NCBI GenBank assembly: GCA_029258725.1 | Contig: JAPDKE010000022.1 | Coordinates: 10,881 to 74,880 of the forward strand | Length of the DNA: 64,000 bases | Reading direction: 5' to 3' | Source of the DNA: a bacterium | Lineage (GTDB): Bacteria; Hydrothermota; UBA3072; JAPDKE01 | Part shown: positions 36,463 through 45,180 of the stretch, piece after piece | Layout: each line of letters opens with the position of its first letter | How positions within the stretch are numbered: position 1 is the first letter of the stretch | Program-made: the position numbers and the translations under genes | The notes under the pieces: model-generated | Told to the model about the DNA's origin: nothing | What the model saw: the letters and a program-made list of their open reading frames with translations, nothing else | The model's database searches: none

Positions 36463-38344
36463 GGTATTTTACAACCTTGACTCGGTTTATGCATTCGTTC
36501 CTGTAAACGGGAAGGTCCTGTGCGGTTCAAGGGGACTTTACCTTTATCCTGAGAGATTCATTCCTTTTGATGATAAAGTAAGGGACATGAAAATTTCAGG
36601 GGATTCGGTATGGGTCCTCACAAGAAGGAGACTCCTTCTCTATCGGGATGGAGAGGTTATGGAACTCATGAACTTTTCCCCTCCTCTATTTGAATCATCC
36701 CCTCTCTCCTTCGGGATTTATAAAAATAAGGCATGGGTTGGATTTGAGAATGGATACTGGGTGATGGACGGGAGTTTTTATCCCACAGATTTTCCCGTGT
36801 TTTCCATCCTTCCTGGAGAGTCTTTATGGATTGGTGGACCTGATGGGGTTTATAAGGGTGTTCCTGGAGAAATCCAGAAAATTTCAGGAATTGATGATAC
36901 TGTATTTTCTCTCATCAGGTTCAATGACACGCTTTTTGCCGGAGGAAAAGGTATATGGAGGTATGAGAATGGATGGATAAAGGAGGCTGATTACAGGATA
37001 AAGAGATTCAGGATTTATGAGAATCTTTTTGCAGTTGGAGATGATGGAGCGTATGAAAGAAACAATGGATGGAAACTGGTAAATGAGGGAGGAAATGATG
37101 TTCTTGTAAAAGATGGAGAGATATGGGTTGCACGCAATCAGGGAATCTGTGCCGGAAATGAGGAAATATTCCTTCCCTCTCCTGGAAGCGATACTTACAG
37201 GGACATGGAGGAGGACCCATACGGAAACATATGGTTTGTCCATCCCTGGTCTGAACCGGGTTCACGACCTTCAACCTTTTATTATTCCCTGAGGCTCACG
37301 GAATTCACAAAAAAAGGGGAATGGAGAGTTTACAACAGAAAAAGGGAATGGAATGCCCTTGCAAGATTTTATTCAATTGAGACAGATTCTCATGGTCTGT
37401 GGATTGGCCTCTTTCATGCATGGATAGGTTATGCAATACTTTTTATCCCCTATGACAGTATGTTTCCATCCCTGAGATTTACTCTCGAGACGGACGACCA
37501 GAACACAGGGCAGATTTTCCTCTTTAAGGATACCCTCTGGGTCTCCACCATTGTTGAATATGTGGTGATGAAATATTCGGTTGCACAGGATACCCCGGTT
37601 CTTCTGGATATGTTTGCCGGAAAGGATGAGTTTTACAATGTGAGGGCTATTGAAAGGGATGGGGATGGTAATATGTGGTTTGGTTCAAGCCATCCAAATG
37701 GTGGGGTTGGAATAACCGTGATAAAAAAGGATGGAGGGAAAATAAAAGTATCAGGGCTTCCATCCCCATGCATTCTTTCTCTTGCGTGGGACCCGAGGGG
37801 ATGGATGTGGGCTGCAACACTTTCAGGGCTTGTTAAAATAGAAGACTTTAAGGTTTCCGGGGTTTATCGGGATGAGCCTGTTTATGATGTGGAGGTTGAC
37901 CCTTATGGGTATGTCTGGTTTCTTTCATCAAGCGGTCTCTGGCGTCTCACTCCCTCCTTTGAAGAAGAATTCTTTCTCTCCGTGGAAACTGATATAGAAA
38001 AGGCGGGCCTGCTTTATGATTCCAGGGGAAGACTGTGGGCGGGAGGATGTTCAGGGCTTTACTGCATCTATCCTGATGAGAGTGAAAAAAAGCGTGAGGA
38101 ACTCACCATCTATCCAAATCCATGGATTGCAGGCAGGCACTCAGTCGTAAACATAACCTCTCCCGTGGGGGTTCAGGATGCAAGGATTCTCATTTATTCT
38201 CCATCGGGAGAAAAACTTTACGAGGGCTTTTCAGCCCGGAGAATATACTCCCTGGACCCTTCCTTCCTGAGTTCGGGAATTTACATTGTGGTTGCAATAA
38301 AGGATGGAAAGGCAGTAAAGGGAAAACTATGCGTGGTAAAATAA
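36416..38344 (+). CDS. Secreted beta-propeller (two-component-regulator-propeller-like) protein with T9SS-type C-terminal sorting domain
   Basis: 642 aa with repeated DG.IW..T..GL motifs (Reg_prop-like) and a C-terminal CTD (ELTIYPNPW...SGIYIVVAIKDGKAVKGKLCVVK). The N-terminus overlaps the GT9 gene by 47 nt. Confidence 0.55.
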   Translation: MFTGLIVPLLVSWEYEVFYNLDSVYAFVPVNGKVLCGSRGLYLYPERFIPFDDKVRDMKISGDSVWVLTRRRLLLYRDGEVMELMNFSPPLFESSPLSFGIYKNKAWVGFENGYWVMDGSFYPTDFPVFSILPGESLWIGGPDGVYKGVPGEIQKISGIDDTVFSLIRFNDTLFAGGKGIWRYENGWIKEADYRIKRFRIYENLFAVGDDGAYERNNGWKLVNEGGNDVLVKDGEIWVARNQGICAGNEEIFLPSPGSDTYRDMEEDPYGNIWFVHPWSEPGSRPSTFYYSLRLTEFTKKGEWRVYNRKREWNALARFYSIETDSHGLWIGLFHAWIGYAILFIPYDSMFPSLRFTLETDDQNTGQIFLFKDTLWVSTIVEYVVMKYSVAQDTPVLLDMFAGKDEFYNVRAIERDGDGNMWFGSSHPNGGVGITVIKKDGGKIKVSGLPSPCILSLAWDPRGWMWAATLSGLVKIEDFKVSGVYRDEPVYDVEVDPYGYVWFLSSSGLWRLTPSFEEEFFLSVETDIEKAGLLYDSRGRLWAGGCSGLYCIYPDESEKKREELTIYPNPWIAGRHSVVNITSPVGVQDARILIYSPSGEKLYEGFSARRIYSLDPSFLSSGIYIVVAIKDGKAVKGKLCVVK

Positions 38345-38953
38345 CTATTCCGAAACCTTGAGGTTCCCTCTGGTGGAGACAATTCCTGCAAACACAAAGT
38401 CAACCACATCTCCCTTTGCCTCTCCGTAATTTATTGCATAGAGATAAACCGTGTAATCTCCAGCCTCGTAAAAACTTGAACCGGGAACCCAAACGCTGTC
38501 CTCCTCCCCTCCAAGTATCTCCTCAAAAACAACAATATCCCCATGGAATATAACAACCCTCCATTCATCCGGGACCCCTGAACTTTCCCAGGTTATTGAA
38601 AATGGAGAGTTAACCTCACCTGCTGCCGGGATTTGAGCCTCAAATTCAAGGGGGAGGGTAACAGAGAGGGTGCAGGCATGCTCCCCAGTCCATGCAGTTA
38701 CCGTGTATGGATGTCCCGGATTTATTCCAAGAGAATCCCTGAAGTATGCGTATTTTTCCTCATCATATGGAATTGTCTTCATACCAAGCCTCACAACAGC
38801 ACTGTCAATAAGATTATATACCTCATCATAAATTCTCAGGTAAATCCAGTCCCTTCCATCCTGAACCTCAATGGAACCCTCCAGAATAAATCCGGAGGGA
38901 CCGGAACAGGAAAGGATTAAAAGGAAGGGAAGAATCCTTTTCATTTTATCCAC
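38345..38953 (-). CDS. Hypothetical lipoprotein
   Basis: 202 aa with a signal peptide and lipobox (LLILSCSG). Confidence 0.45.
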   Translation of the reverse strand: MDKMKRILPFLLILSCSGPSGFILEGSIEVQDGRDWIYLRIYDEVYNLIDSAVVRLGMKTIPYDEEKYAYFRDSLGINPGHPYTVTAWTGEHACTLSVTLPLEFEAQIPAAGEVNSPFSITWESSGVPDEWRVVIFHGDIVVFEEILGGEEDSVWVPGSSFYEAGDYTVYLYAINYGEAKGDVVDFVFAGIVSTRGNLKVSE

Positions 38954-39303
38954 ACCTCTGATGTTGCGGTGAGGAAGGTATCGGAAGTATAGACATAAAA
39001 CCAGTAGGTTCCAGGAGAGTGGAAGAGAAAGGCAAGGGTATCCCCGAAGGGAACCATCACTTCAGAGCACTCCCTATTTTTCCTCACCATCCAGGGCCAT
39101 ATCTGTATCACAGTATCACTCTGCGTTATGTCGTATCCCTGGAATTCCCAGCAGGGGTCGAGGAGATGTCCTTCAAGATAAAGATAAACCGTGTCCCCGA
39201 GCCTTACGCTTTCCGTTGCCTCCACTTTTTCTATCCTCACAAGTTCCCTCTCTTCCTTTTTGCATGCACAGAGAAGGAGTAAAAGGAGCAGTAATTTACG
39301 CAT
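38941..39303 (-). CDS. Hypothetical small lipoprotein
   Basis: 120 aa with poly-Leu signal peptide and lipobox (LLLLCACK). Confidence 0.45.
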   Translation of the reverse strand: MRKLLLLLLLLCACKKEERELVRIEKVEATESVRLGDTVYLYLEGHLLDPCWEFQGYDITQSDTVIQIWPWMVRKNRECSEVMVPFGDTLAFLFHSPGTYWFYVYTSDTFLTATSEVWIK

Positions 39304-39694
39304 CCTTCACCCCCTTTTTTGCGAGGCGGTCTGCCTCCTTATTTTTTTCTCTTGGAATGTACCTTATCTCCTGCCATGGGAAACTGTAAAAGAGAACCAT
39401 CGCACGCTCATAGAGTTTTTTCAACTCAGGTTCCCTCACTTTATATCTTCTTTTCATCTGCTCACACACAAGTTCCGAATCAACAAACAGATGAATTTTC
39501 CTCCCTCCAAGTTTCTTTGCCTCTTTCAGTCCCTCAATCACCGCAAGATACTCCGCCTGATTGTTTGTAACCTCTCCAACATGCCTTGAAATCTCTGAAA
39601 TTTTCTTTCCTTCTTTATCCTTTATCACCACCCCTATTCCTCCCTTTCCCGGATTCCCGCTTGATGCCCCATCCGTGTATATAAAAAGTTCCAT
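39296..39694 (-). CDS. rnhA: Ribonuclease HI
   Basis: Start taken at the internal ATG (MELFIYTDGASSGNPGKGG...), which abuts the upstream stop. The product has RNase H type 1 motifs (TNN.AEY.A, D at the C-terminus). Confidence 0.85.
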   Translation of the reverse strand: MELFIYTDGASSGNPGKGGIGVVIKDKEGKKISEISRHVGEVTNNQAEYLAVIEGLKEAKKLGGRKIHLFVDSELVCEQMKRRYKVREPELKKLYERAMVLFYSFPWQEIRYIPREKNKEADRLAKKGVKDA

Positions 39695-40407
39695 CAGACA
39701 ACAAAGTCCTTGTGGATAAGTATCCTTCCACAGTACTCGCATGTGTATATCCTCTCTCCCTTCCTTATCTCCTGAAAGTACTGTGGAGGCAAAGTTGCAA
39801 AGCACCCTCCACACATTGCCTCCTCTATAACAACCACTGCAAGCCCTCCCCTTGATACAATAAGCCTTTCATATCTTGCAAGCAATTTCGGGTCAAGCCT
39901 GGTTGATGCCCTTTTTCTTTCGTCTTTTTTAAGCATTATCTTTTCATCAAGCGTTGAAAACTCCTCCTCAAGTTTCTTTTTCTCCTCCTCCATTTTTTTC
40001 TTCTCCTCTATAAGAGCCTTCGTCTCCTCCGCCACCTCCTTTCTTTTCCTGTTTAAATCCTCCTCTATAACCAGGTATTCCATCTCCAGGGTTTCTATCT
40101 TTCTTTTTGAATACTCCATTTCCTTTAAAAGTGCCTGGTATGCCTCGTTTGTCTTCACCTCAAACTGCTGTTTTTTGTAATTTTCCAGTTTCATTTTCTC
40201 CTCCTCAATCTCCCTTTCCGTCTTCAGCCTTCTCTGTTCCAGCAAATCGAGTGTCTTTTTCTTTTCAAGTATCTCATCCTCCTTGTTCTTTATGAGTTCC
40301 TCTATCTCCTTTATCCTTTCAGGGATTTCAACCCTGAGCCTTTCAAGGCGCTGAATCTCAGAGTCAATCTGCTGAAGTGCGTAAAGGTCGCGATAGACTT
40401 CCCTCAT
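39694..40407 (-). CDS. Coiled-coil protein with C-terminal C4 zinc ribbon (COG1579-like)
   Basis: 237 aa with long heptad-rich E/K repeats and a C-terminal CGGC...CEYCGRIL zinc ribbon. Confidence 0.6.
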   Translation of the reverse strand: MREVYRDLYALQQIDSEIQRLERLRVEIPERIKEIEELIKNKEDEILEKKKTLDLLEQRRLKTEREIEEEKMKLENYKKQQFEVKTNEAYQALLKEMEYSKRKIETLEMEYLVIEEDLNRKRKEVAEETKALIEEKKKMEEEKKKLEEEFSTLDEKIMLKKDERKRASTRLDPKLLARYERLIVSRGGLAVVVIEEAMCGGCFATLPPQYFQEIRKGERIYTCEYCGRILIHKDFVV

Positions 40408-40463
40408 CTCTCCTCCCCTTTTAAAATTAAAAAGGGTGCACCGGATGGTGCACCCTATTCTTA

Positions 40464-40540
40464 TGGTGGGCGAAAGAGGATTTGAACCTCTGACCTCCGG
40501 TATGTGAGACCGGCGCTCTAACCAGCTGAGCTATTCGCCC
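40464..40540 (-). tRNA. tRNA-Val (anticodon CAC)
   Basis: Manual fold of the minus-strand sequence GGGCGAATAGCTCAGCTGGTTAGAGCGCCGGTCTCACATACCGGAGGTCAGAGGTTCAAATCCTCTTTCGCCCACCA gives a canonical cloverleaf. The T-loop is GGTTCAAAT and the CCA end is encoded. Confidence 0.85.
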
Positions 40541-40550
40541 ATCCTTTTCC

Positions 40551-40627
40551 AATTATTTCCTCCCTCATGTGGTGGGCCCGGGAGGATTCGAACCCCCGAC
40601 CCGCTGATTATGAGTCAGCTGCTCTGA
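40551..40627 (-). tRNA. tRNA-Met (anticodon CAT), elongator type; could alternatively be tRNA-Ile2 (lysidine)
   Basis: Minus-strand GGGCCCGTAGCTCAGCTGGTCAGAGCAGCTGACTCATAATCAGCGGGTCGGGGGTTCGAATCCTCCCGGGCCCACCA. G1-C72 is paired and the anticodon stem lacks the three G-C pairs of initiators, so it is not an initiator tRNA. CCA is encoded. Confidence 0.8.
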
Positions 40628-40681
40628 CCAGCTGAGCTACGGGCCCATCTATAAGTATATATACCCGATTTTTTTTCATTG

Positions 40682-40903
40682 TCAAGGGGGTTTGTCCTTT
40701 TTTACCCTTTCTACCCTCCACTCTTCCTCTTTCCCCCTTACCCGGTAAAGGTTTCCATCCTCTCCCTTTAACAACCATTCCCTTTCGCCATTCTCAAAAA
40801 GAGAAGAGGAAAGAACCTCAACATAAATCCAACTTTCACCAACTTTTATCATCCTGGGATACTCATCCCCTTTTCCTCCTGAATAAAACCTCACCTCACT
40901 CAT
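40682..40903 (-). CDS. Possible small hypothetical protein (~73 aa)
   Basis: ORF in the 214-nt gap between the large peptidase-like gene and tRNA-Met. The longer track ORF (to 41023) overlaps the upstream gene. I see no recognisable domain and only a weak RBS. Confidence 0.2.
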   Translation of the reverse strand: MSEVRFYSGGKGDEYPRMIKVGESWIYVEVLSSSLFENGEREWLLKGEDGNLYRVRGKEEEWRVERVKKDKPP

Positions 40904-43340
40904 CTCCCTCAAGGGTGAACCTCCATGATAGTTTACCATTCTCCCACAAGAATTCAATTCCTGGCAGAATACCAAACTGACCAAAGGAAAACTTCGTCTC
41001 CAGAACCAATCTTGCACCCGCATATCTCTCTCTTATGTCCCTCTCCATTCCCTCAACCCCACCAAAGAGGGCGAAGAACATGTCTTCAAAGTAAACATTG
41101 GGATTCCACAGACCCAACTTGACCGGTAGAGGGATGGAAATTCCGCACCTCCCACCCCATGTTTCATCATCCCCTCCCCATGCATGGGCAAAAACCTTTA
41201 GATTTCCGAGCCACTTTCTTCCTCCAATATGCATTTCTGCCCTTCCCTTTCCTTCTTTTAAAAACCAGGTATACTCAGGAATCAAATAAAATGAAAGAGA
41301 AGGATAATTCCAGGCAAAGAAGAGATTTCCCTTTACCGTATCCGGTGAGGAAAAATAAGCCCGAACCCACAGAGAAGATAGCCCGTTTCTCATGCTTATT
41401 CTCAGAGGATACTCTCCTCCAGTCCGGTATGTGTAATTCCCTCCACGGTAAAATCCATAATACTCAAACACGAAAGGAGCGAGCATGGTGTTTATATAGC
41501 CAAATCCCACAACATTCTTTCCCGGGATTGTATCCGGAAGGATTACCAGGGCATATCCGTTGGTGAGGAGGACATCTGAGCCTGAGAGAAATACAAAGGG
41601 TAATATCCCACCCTCCATGGACGGAAGAACCATCCACAATCTCAACCAGGGGAAGAGGGTTAAGGCATCCTCAAGCAGTGGAGAGGCATTCCTGAAATAA
41701 GGTTTCCCCACCATCTTCTCTGCTTCCATCATTTCCAGGGATGCTTTTCCCTTAACCTCTGGAGTCTCACGGAACAGATGGATTCCATCCCCCTGTGGGG
41801 AGAAGAAATAGAGTTCACCATCAAGGATTACCGGGTCTCTGGCATAAACATAATCCGTGATTTTTTCAATTTCTCCATCGGGGTCCAAACGATAGATGTT
41901 GTATCTCCCACTGGTTGATGAGAAGTAAATGTATCCATCGTGGTAAAACGGGTCAACATCGGGACGGGATGAACAAATCAAAAGTTCAGACTCTCCATGA
42001 GAAATCCTGTAGATATCCCAGTTCTCACCCGGCATCCTTGCAACCATGAGAATTCCATCCTTCCCCTCCCTTATCTCCCCTATCTCAAGCCCTCCTGCAT
42101 ACCAGGGTTCTTCATCCCCGTACCGGTAAATTGCGTGTCTGGTTGCAAGGAACAGGGTATCCTTATAAAAGGTAAAGGAAACATAGGGGCCACGGGCAAT
42201 TATTCTTTCCGGTCCTCCAATTTCCTTCTCAACCAGAACCGCCTTCACTCCAAATCCCAGAAAACTTCTGTTTTCAAATCCCCTCCCCAGTTCTCCTTCC
42301 AGCACATAAAGTTTTCCATCGTGAATCACAGGTCTTGAGATAACCCATCCCACGGTCCGGTAAAGAGCCTCCTCCTTACAGGTATGGGGGTCAAAAAGGA
42401 CCACCTCCGTTATCCGTGCCACATCAAAGGGACCCCTTTTCTTACAGTATCTTCTAACATAACATATTCCCCAAGGACTCAGGGATGCAAGTTCACGGTA
42501 CATCCCCTTCTCAGTGAGTTTTCCCTGAGGAAATTTCTCTTTTCGTGCCTTGAACATCATCTCTCTCTTCCATATATTGTAAAGCATATCCAGGGTATGC
42601 CCGTAGGTAAAAATTGATGCAAGGTCTATTCCCAGGAGAGGAATAAGATTTCCTATTCCCGGAACCAGGGGATTCCAGGCATAATTCCCGAAAAATCGGG
42701 AAAAGGACTCCTCTCCATAAACCTCTGAGATCCACCTCATAAAACTCCCGCCATAGAAATATATCCTCTCCAACGGAAAGTCCGAGGCATCCGATGCTGC
42801 CCTCACAGGTGAGGTTATTTTACCCTCCCTTGCCTGAGCAAGAACCACCGCATCAAGATATCCATCGTTAAGCCTTCCTGCGTATGGGGAAATCCTTGAC
42901 TCGGCATAGACCGTGATTCCCTCAACCACCCATCCAGGAGAGTACATGTTTGGCTGGAAGAGGTCCCCCCATAAAAATCTCTGCAGGCTTGACAATCCTG
43001 CGGTATGGGTGAGGTGTGAGATGTGGGTGTATTCGTGAACGGATACAAGTTTCCACCAGTCGGGGGTTGAGGTGAGGATAAAGGGGGATGGAGGATGGGG
43101 AAGGAGGTGGATCTGGGGATTTATCGGGCTTGCAAATCCATTCGGCACAATTCCGGCATCTTCAATCACAACCGGAACATGTTTTGGAGAGTTACCGGTA
43201 AGGGAGTCAACCATTGGTTTGTAATGCTCAAGACAGGATATGGTCCACTCTGCCTCTTTCCTCAACTCCGGAGGATAGAATACCGTGAAGTGTTCGGAGC
43301 GGATTGCGTCCCAGAAAAGGTAAGAAAAAAGGAATATCAT
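40896..43340 (-). CDS. Large envelope protein with N-terminal HExxH zinc-metallopeptidase-like domain, central TolB-like beta-propeller and C-terminal beta-rich domain
   Basis: 814 aa. The zincin motif is VSVHEYTHISH. The central region has WD40/TolB-like repeats (YRISHGESELLICSSRPDVDPFYHDGYIYFSSTSGRYNIYRLDPDG). The start overlaps the MFS stop (ATGA). Confidence 0.5.
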   Translation of the reverse strand: MIFLFSYLFWDAIRSEHFTVFYPPELRKEAEWTISCLEHYKPMVDSLTGNSPKHVPVVIEDAGIVPNGFASPINPQIHLLPHPPSPFILTSTPDWWKLVSVHEYTHISHLTHTAGLSSLQRFLWGDLFQPNMYSPGWVVEGITVYAESRISPYAGRLNDGYLDAVVLAQAREGKITSPVRAASDASDFPLERIYFYGGSFMRWISEVYGEESFSRFFGNYAWNPLVPGIGNLIPLLGIDLASIFTYGHTLDMLYNIWKREMMFKARKEKFPQGKLTEKGMYRELASLSPWGICYVRRYCKKRGPFDVARITEVVLFDPHTCKEEALYRTVGWVISRPVIHDGKLYVLEGELGRGFENRSFLGFGVKAVLVEKEIGGPERIIARGPYVSFTFYKDTLFLATRHAIYRYGDEEPWYAGGLEIGEIREGKDGILMVARMPGENWDIYRISHGESELLICSSRPDVDPFYHDGYIYFSSTSGRYNIYRLDPDGEIEKITDYVYARDPVILDGELYFFSPQGDGIHLFRETPEVKGKASLEMMEAEKMVGKPYFRNASPLLEDALTLFPWLRLWMVLPSMEGGILPFVFLSGSDVLLTNGYALVILPDTIPGKNVVGFGYINTMLAPFVFEYYGFYRGGNYTYRTGGEYPLRISMRNGLSSLWVRAYFSSPDTVKGNLFFAWNYPSLSFYLIPEYTWFLKEGKGRAEMHIGGRKWLGNLKVFAHAWGGDDETWGGRCGISIPLPVKLGLWNPNVYFEDMFFALFGGVEGMERDIRERYAGARLVLETKFSFGQFGILPGIEFLWENGKLSWRFTLEGDE

Positions 43341-44488
43341 ACTGCTTCCTTTACAAACGCAAACAGTGTAAAGGATGCAAGAAAGGCAAGCACCGCGCCA
43401 AAGAGAAATGCATGGAGTTCACCGAAGCGCTGCCAGATAAAACCAAAGATAGCACTTCCAGGAAGGGCAGAAAGACCTACTGCAAGATGATATAGTCCGA
43501 ATGCCGTTCCTCTTTCTTCCTCCTTTGCAAGGTCTGCAACAAATGCCTTTTCAACCCCTTCTGTCAGACCAAAGTATATCCCGTAAAGGGCAAAGAGGGC
43601 CCATATATGCCAGTTTTTGTTTGAAAGACCGAAACCAAGGTAAATCAGGGCATAAACCATCCATCCTGCAATAATAACTCTTCTTCTGCCGATTCTATCA
43701 GAGAGGAGTCCTCCTGGGACCGAGGTCAACACCTTTACCAGGTGGAGGAAGACCCATATTAAAGGAAGAAATGCAATCTTTATCCCTGTGTTCTGTGCCT
43801 TTAAGAGCAAAAACGCATCGGAGGAATTTCCAAGAGTAAAGAGAATTAACGAGAGAAGATAAAGTCTGAAGTTCATTGAGACAGGTCCAAGCCTCCATGA
43901 AGTCTTTTTTATACTTTCCCCAGCCTTTTCCTCCACAAAAAATATAAGAATGAGAAGTGCGAGGATTCCTGGAATGAATGCAAGGAGGAATAAATGCCTC
44001 AGGTCCATCCCAAACCCGAGTATCATCCACACTGCAAAAAGGGGACCAAGAACCGCACCGAGATGGTCCATTGCCCTGTGGAATCCGTATGCAAATCCCC
44101 TTACCTCAGGAGAGGTGGAATCCGCAATGAGCGCATCTCTGGGTGAAGTCCTTATCCCCTTCCCAACTCTGTCAAAAAATCTTATCAAAAGCACATGAAT
44201 CCAGGAGGTTGCAATTCCTGTGAGGGGTCTTCCAAAAACCGCAAGGGAATACCCTGCAACAACAAGCCCCTTTTTCTTTCTTATCCGGTCGGAAATATAT
44301 CCCGAGAAAAATTTTAAAATGCTTGCTGTTGTTTCCGCTATCCCCTCTATAACCCCGAGAACAAACGCCCCTGCACCAAGAACGGAAGAAAGAAATGCAG
44401 GAAGTAAAGGATAGATTATTTCACTTGCCGCATCATTAAAAAGACTGACAATCCCGAGAGAAACGACATTTTTTGAGAGTTTTTTCAT
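43337..44488 (-). CDS. MFS transporter
   Basis: 383 aa with 12 predicted TM segments and MFS signature loops (GYISDRIRKKKG; LSDRIGRRR). Confidence 0.8.
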   Translation of the reverse strand: MKKLSKNVVSLGIVSLFNDAASEIIYPLLPAFLSSVLGAGAFVLGVIEGIAETTASILKFFSGYISDRIRKKKGLVVAGYSLAVFGRPLTGIATSWIHVLLIRFFDRVGKGIRTSPRDALIADSTSPEVRGFAYGFHRAMDHLGAVLGPLFAVWMILGFGMDLRHLFLLAFIPGILALLILIFFVEEKAGESIKKTSWRLGPVSMNFRLYLLSLILFTLGNSSDAFLLLKAQNTGIKIAFLPLIWVFLHLVKVLTSVPGGLLSDRIGRRRVIIAGWMVYALIYLGFGLSNKNWHIWALFALYGIYFGLTEGVEKAFVADLAKEEERGTAFGLYHLAVGLSALPGSAIFGFIWQRFGELHAFLFGAVLAFLASFTLFAFVKEAV

Positions 44489-45102
44489 TCCTCCTCCACG
44501 AAGAAACTGAGATACTCAAGTTCCATTGTGAGGTCAACATCGTGAATAAATACACCTGGAGGAGATTTTATACTGGCAGGGGTAAAATTCAAAATTCCCT
44601 GGATACCCGCATTTATTAGAATACCGGCAATATCCGGAGCAACATCAGGAGGCGTTGTAAGAATGGCAATCTTTATCCCCATTTCCCTTACAACCCTTGA
44701 AATTTCACAATCAGAATATACCGGAACCCCATGAATTCTCCTCCCCACCTTGTTTATATCGGCATCAAATGCAGCAACTATCTCGACCCTCTTTCTGAAA
44801 AATGGGGAGGCAAGAAGGGCAGTTCCGAGATTTCCAGCCCCAATAAGTATAGCCCTCCTCGGTTTTTCTATCTTCAATATTTTTCTCAATTCTTTTATCA
44901 ATTTTTCAATCTCATAACCCATCCCCCTCTTCCCCATCTTTCCGAAGTAAACCAGGTCCCTCCTTACCTGGGTATCAGTGAGGTCAAGCCTTTCAGCAAG
45001 TTCCTTAGAGGATACATACTCCTTTCCCTCTTTCTTCAGTCTTTCCAGGAGATGAAGATAAAAACACAATCTTTTAACCGTAGCAGGAGGTATCCTTCCC
45101 AT
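44485..45102 (-). CDS. rex: Redox-sensing transcriptional repressor Rex
   Basis: 205 aa. It has the N-terminal winged helix (IPPATVKRL.FYLHLL) and a Rossmann NADH-binding domain (AILIGAGNLGTAL), and is collinear with B. subtilis Rex. Confidence 0.85.
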   Translation of the reverse strand: MGRIPPATVKRLCFYLHLLERLKKEGKEYVSSKELAERLDLTDTQVRRDLVYFGKMGKRGMGYEIEKLIKELRKILKIEKPRRAILIGAGNLGTALLASPFFRKRVEIVAAFDADINKVGRRIHGVPVYSDCEISRVVREMGIKIAILTTPPDVAPDIAGILINAGIQGILNFTPASIKSPPGVFIHDVDLTMELEYLSFFVEEE

Positions 45103-45113
45103 GGTTTATAAAA

Positions 45114-45131
45114 TAGTGATTTTTTTCACAA
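45114..45131. promoter_or_regulatory. Rex-box-like site upstream of rex (probable autoregulation)
   Basis: TAGTGAT-TTTT-TTCACAA matches the Rex consensus at 12 of 14 positions, 12-29 nt upstream of the rex start codon. Confidence 0.4.
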
Positions 45132-45151
45132 GGTCAAGGGGAAAATAAAAA

Positions 45152-45170
45152 GGGGGGCGTTGTGCCCCCC
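45152..45170. terminator. Bidirectional Rho-independent terminator hairpin (GGGGGGC-GTTGT-GCCCCCC) downstream of the S8 protease gene
   Basis: Perfect 7-bp GC stem flanked by an A-run on one side and a T-rich run on the other. On the minus strand it is followed by TTTTTATTTT. Confidence 0.55.
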
Positions 45171-45180
45171 TTATCTTTCA

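Noticed and set aside
40682-41023. 113-aa ORF overlapping the 3' end of the 814-aa gene
   Set aside because: The long form overlaps the upstream CDS by 128 nt. Only a shortened ~73-aa version in the tRNA-proximal gap is retained, as a low-confidence feature.
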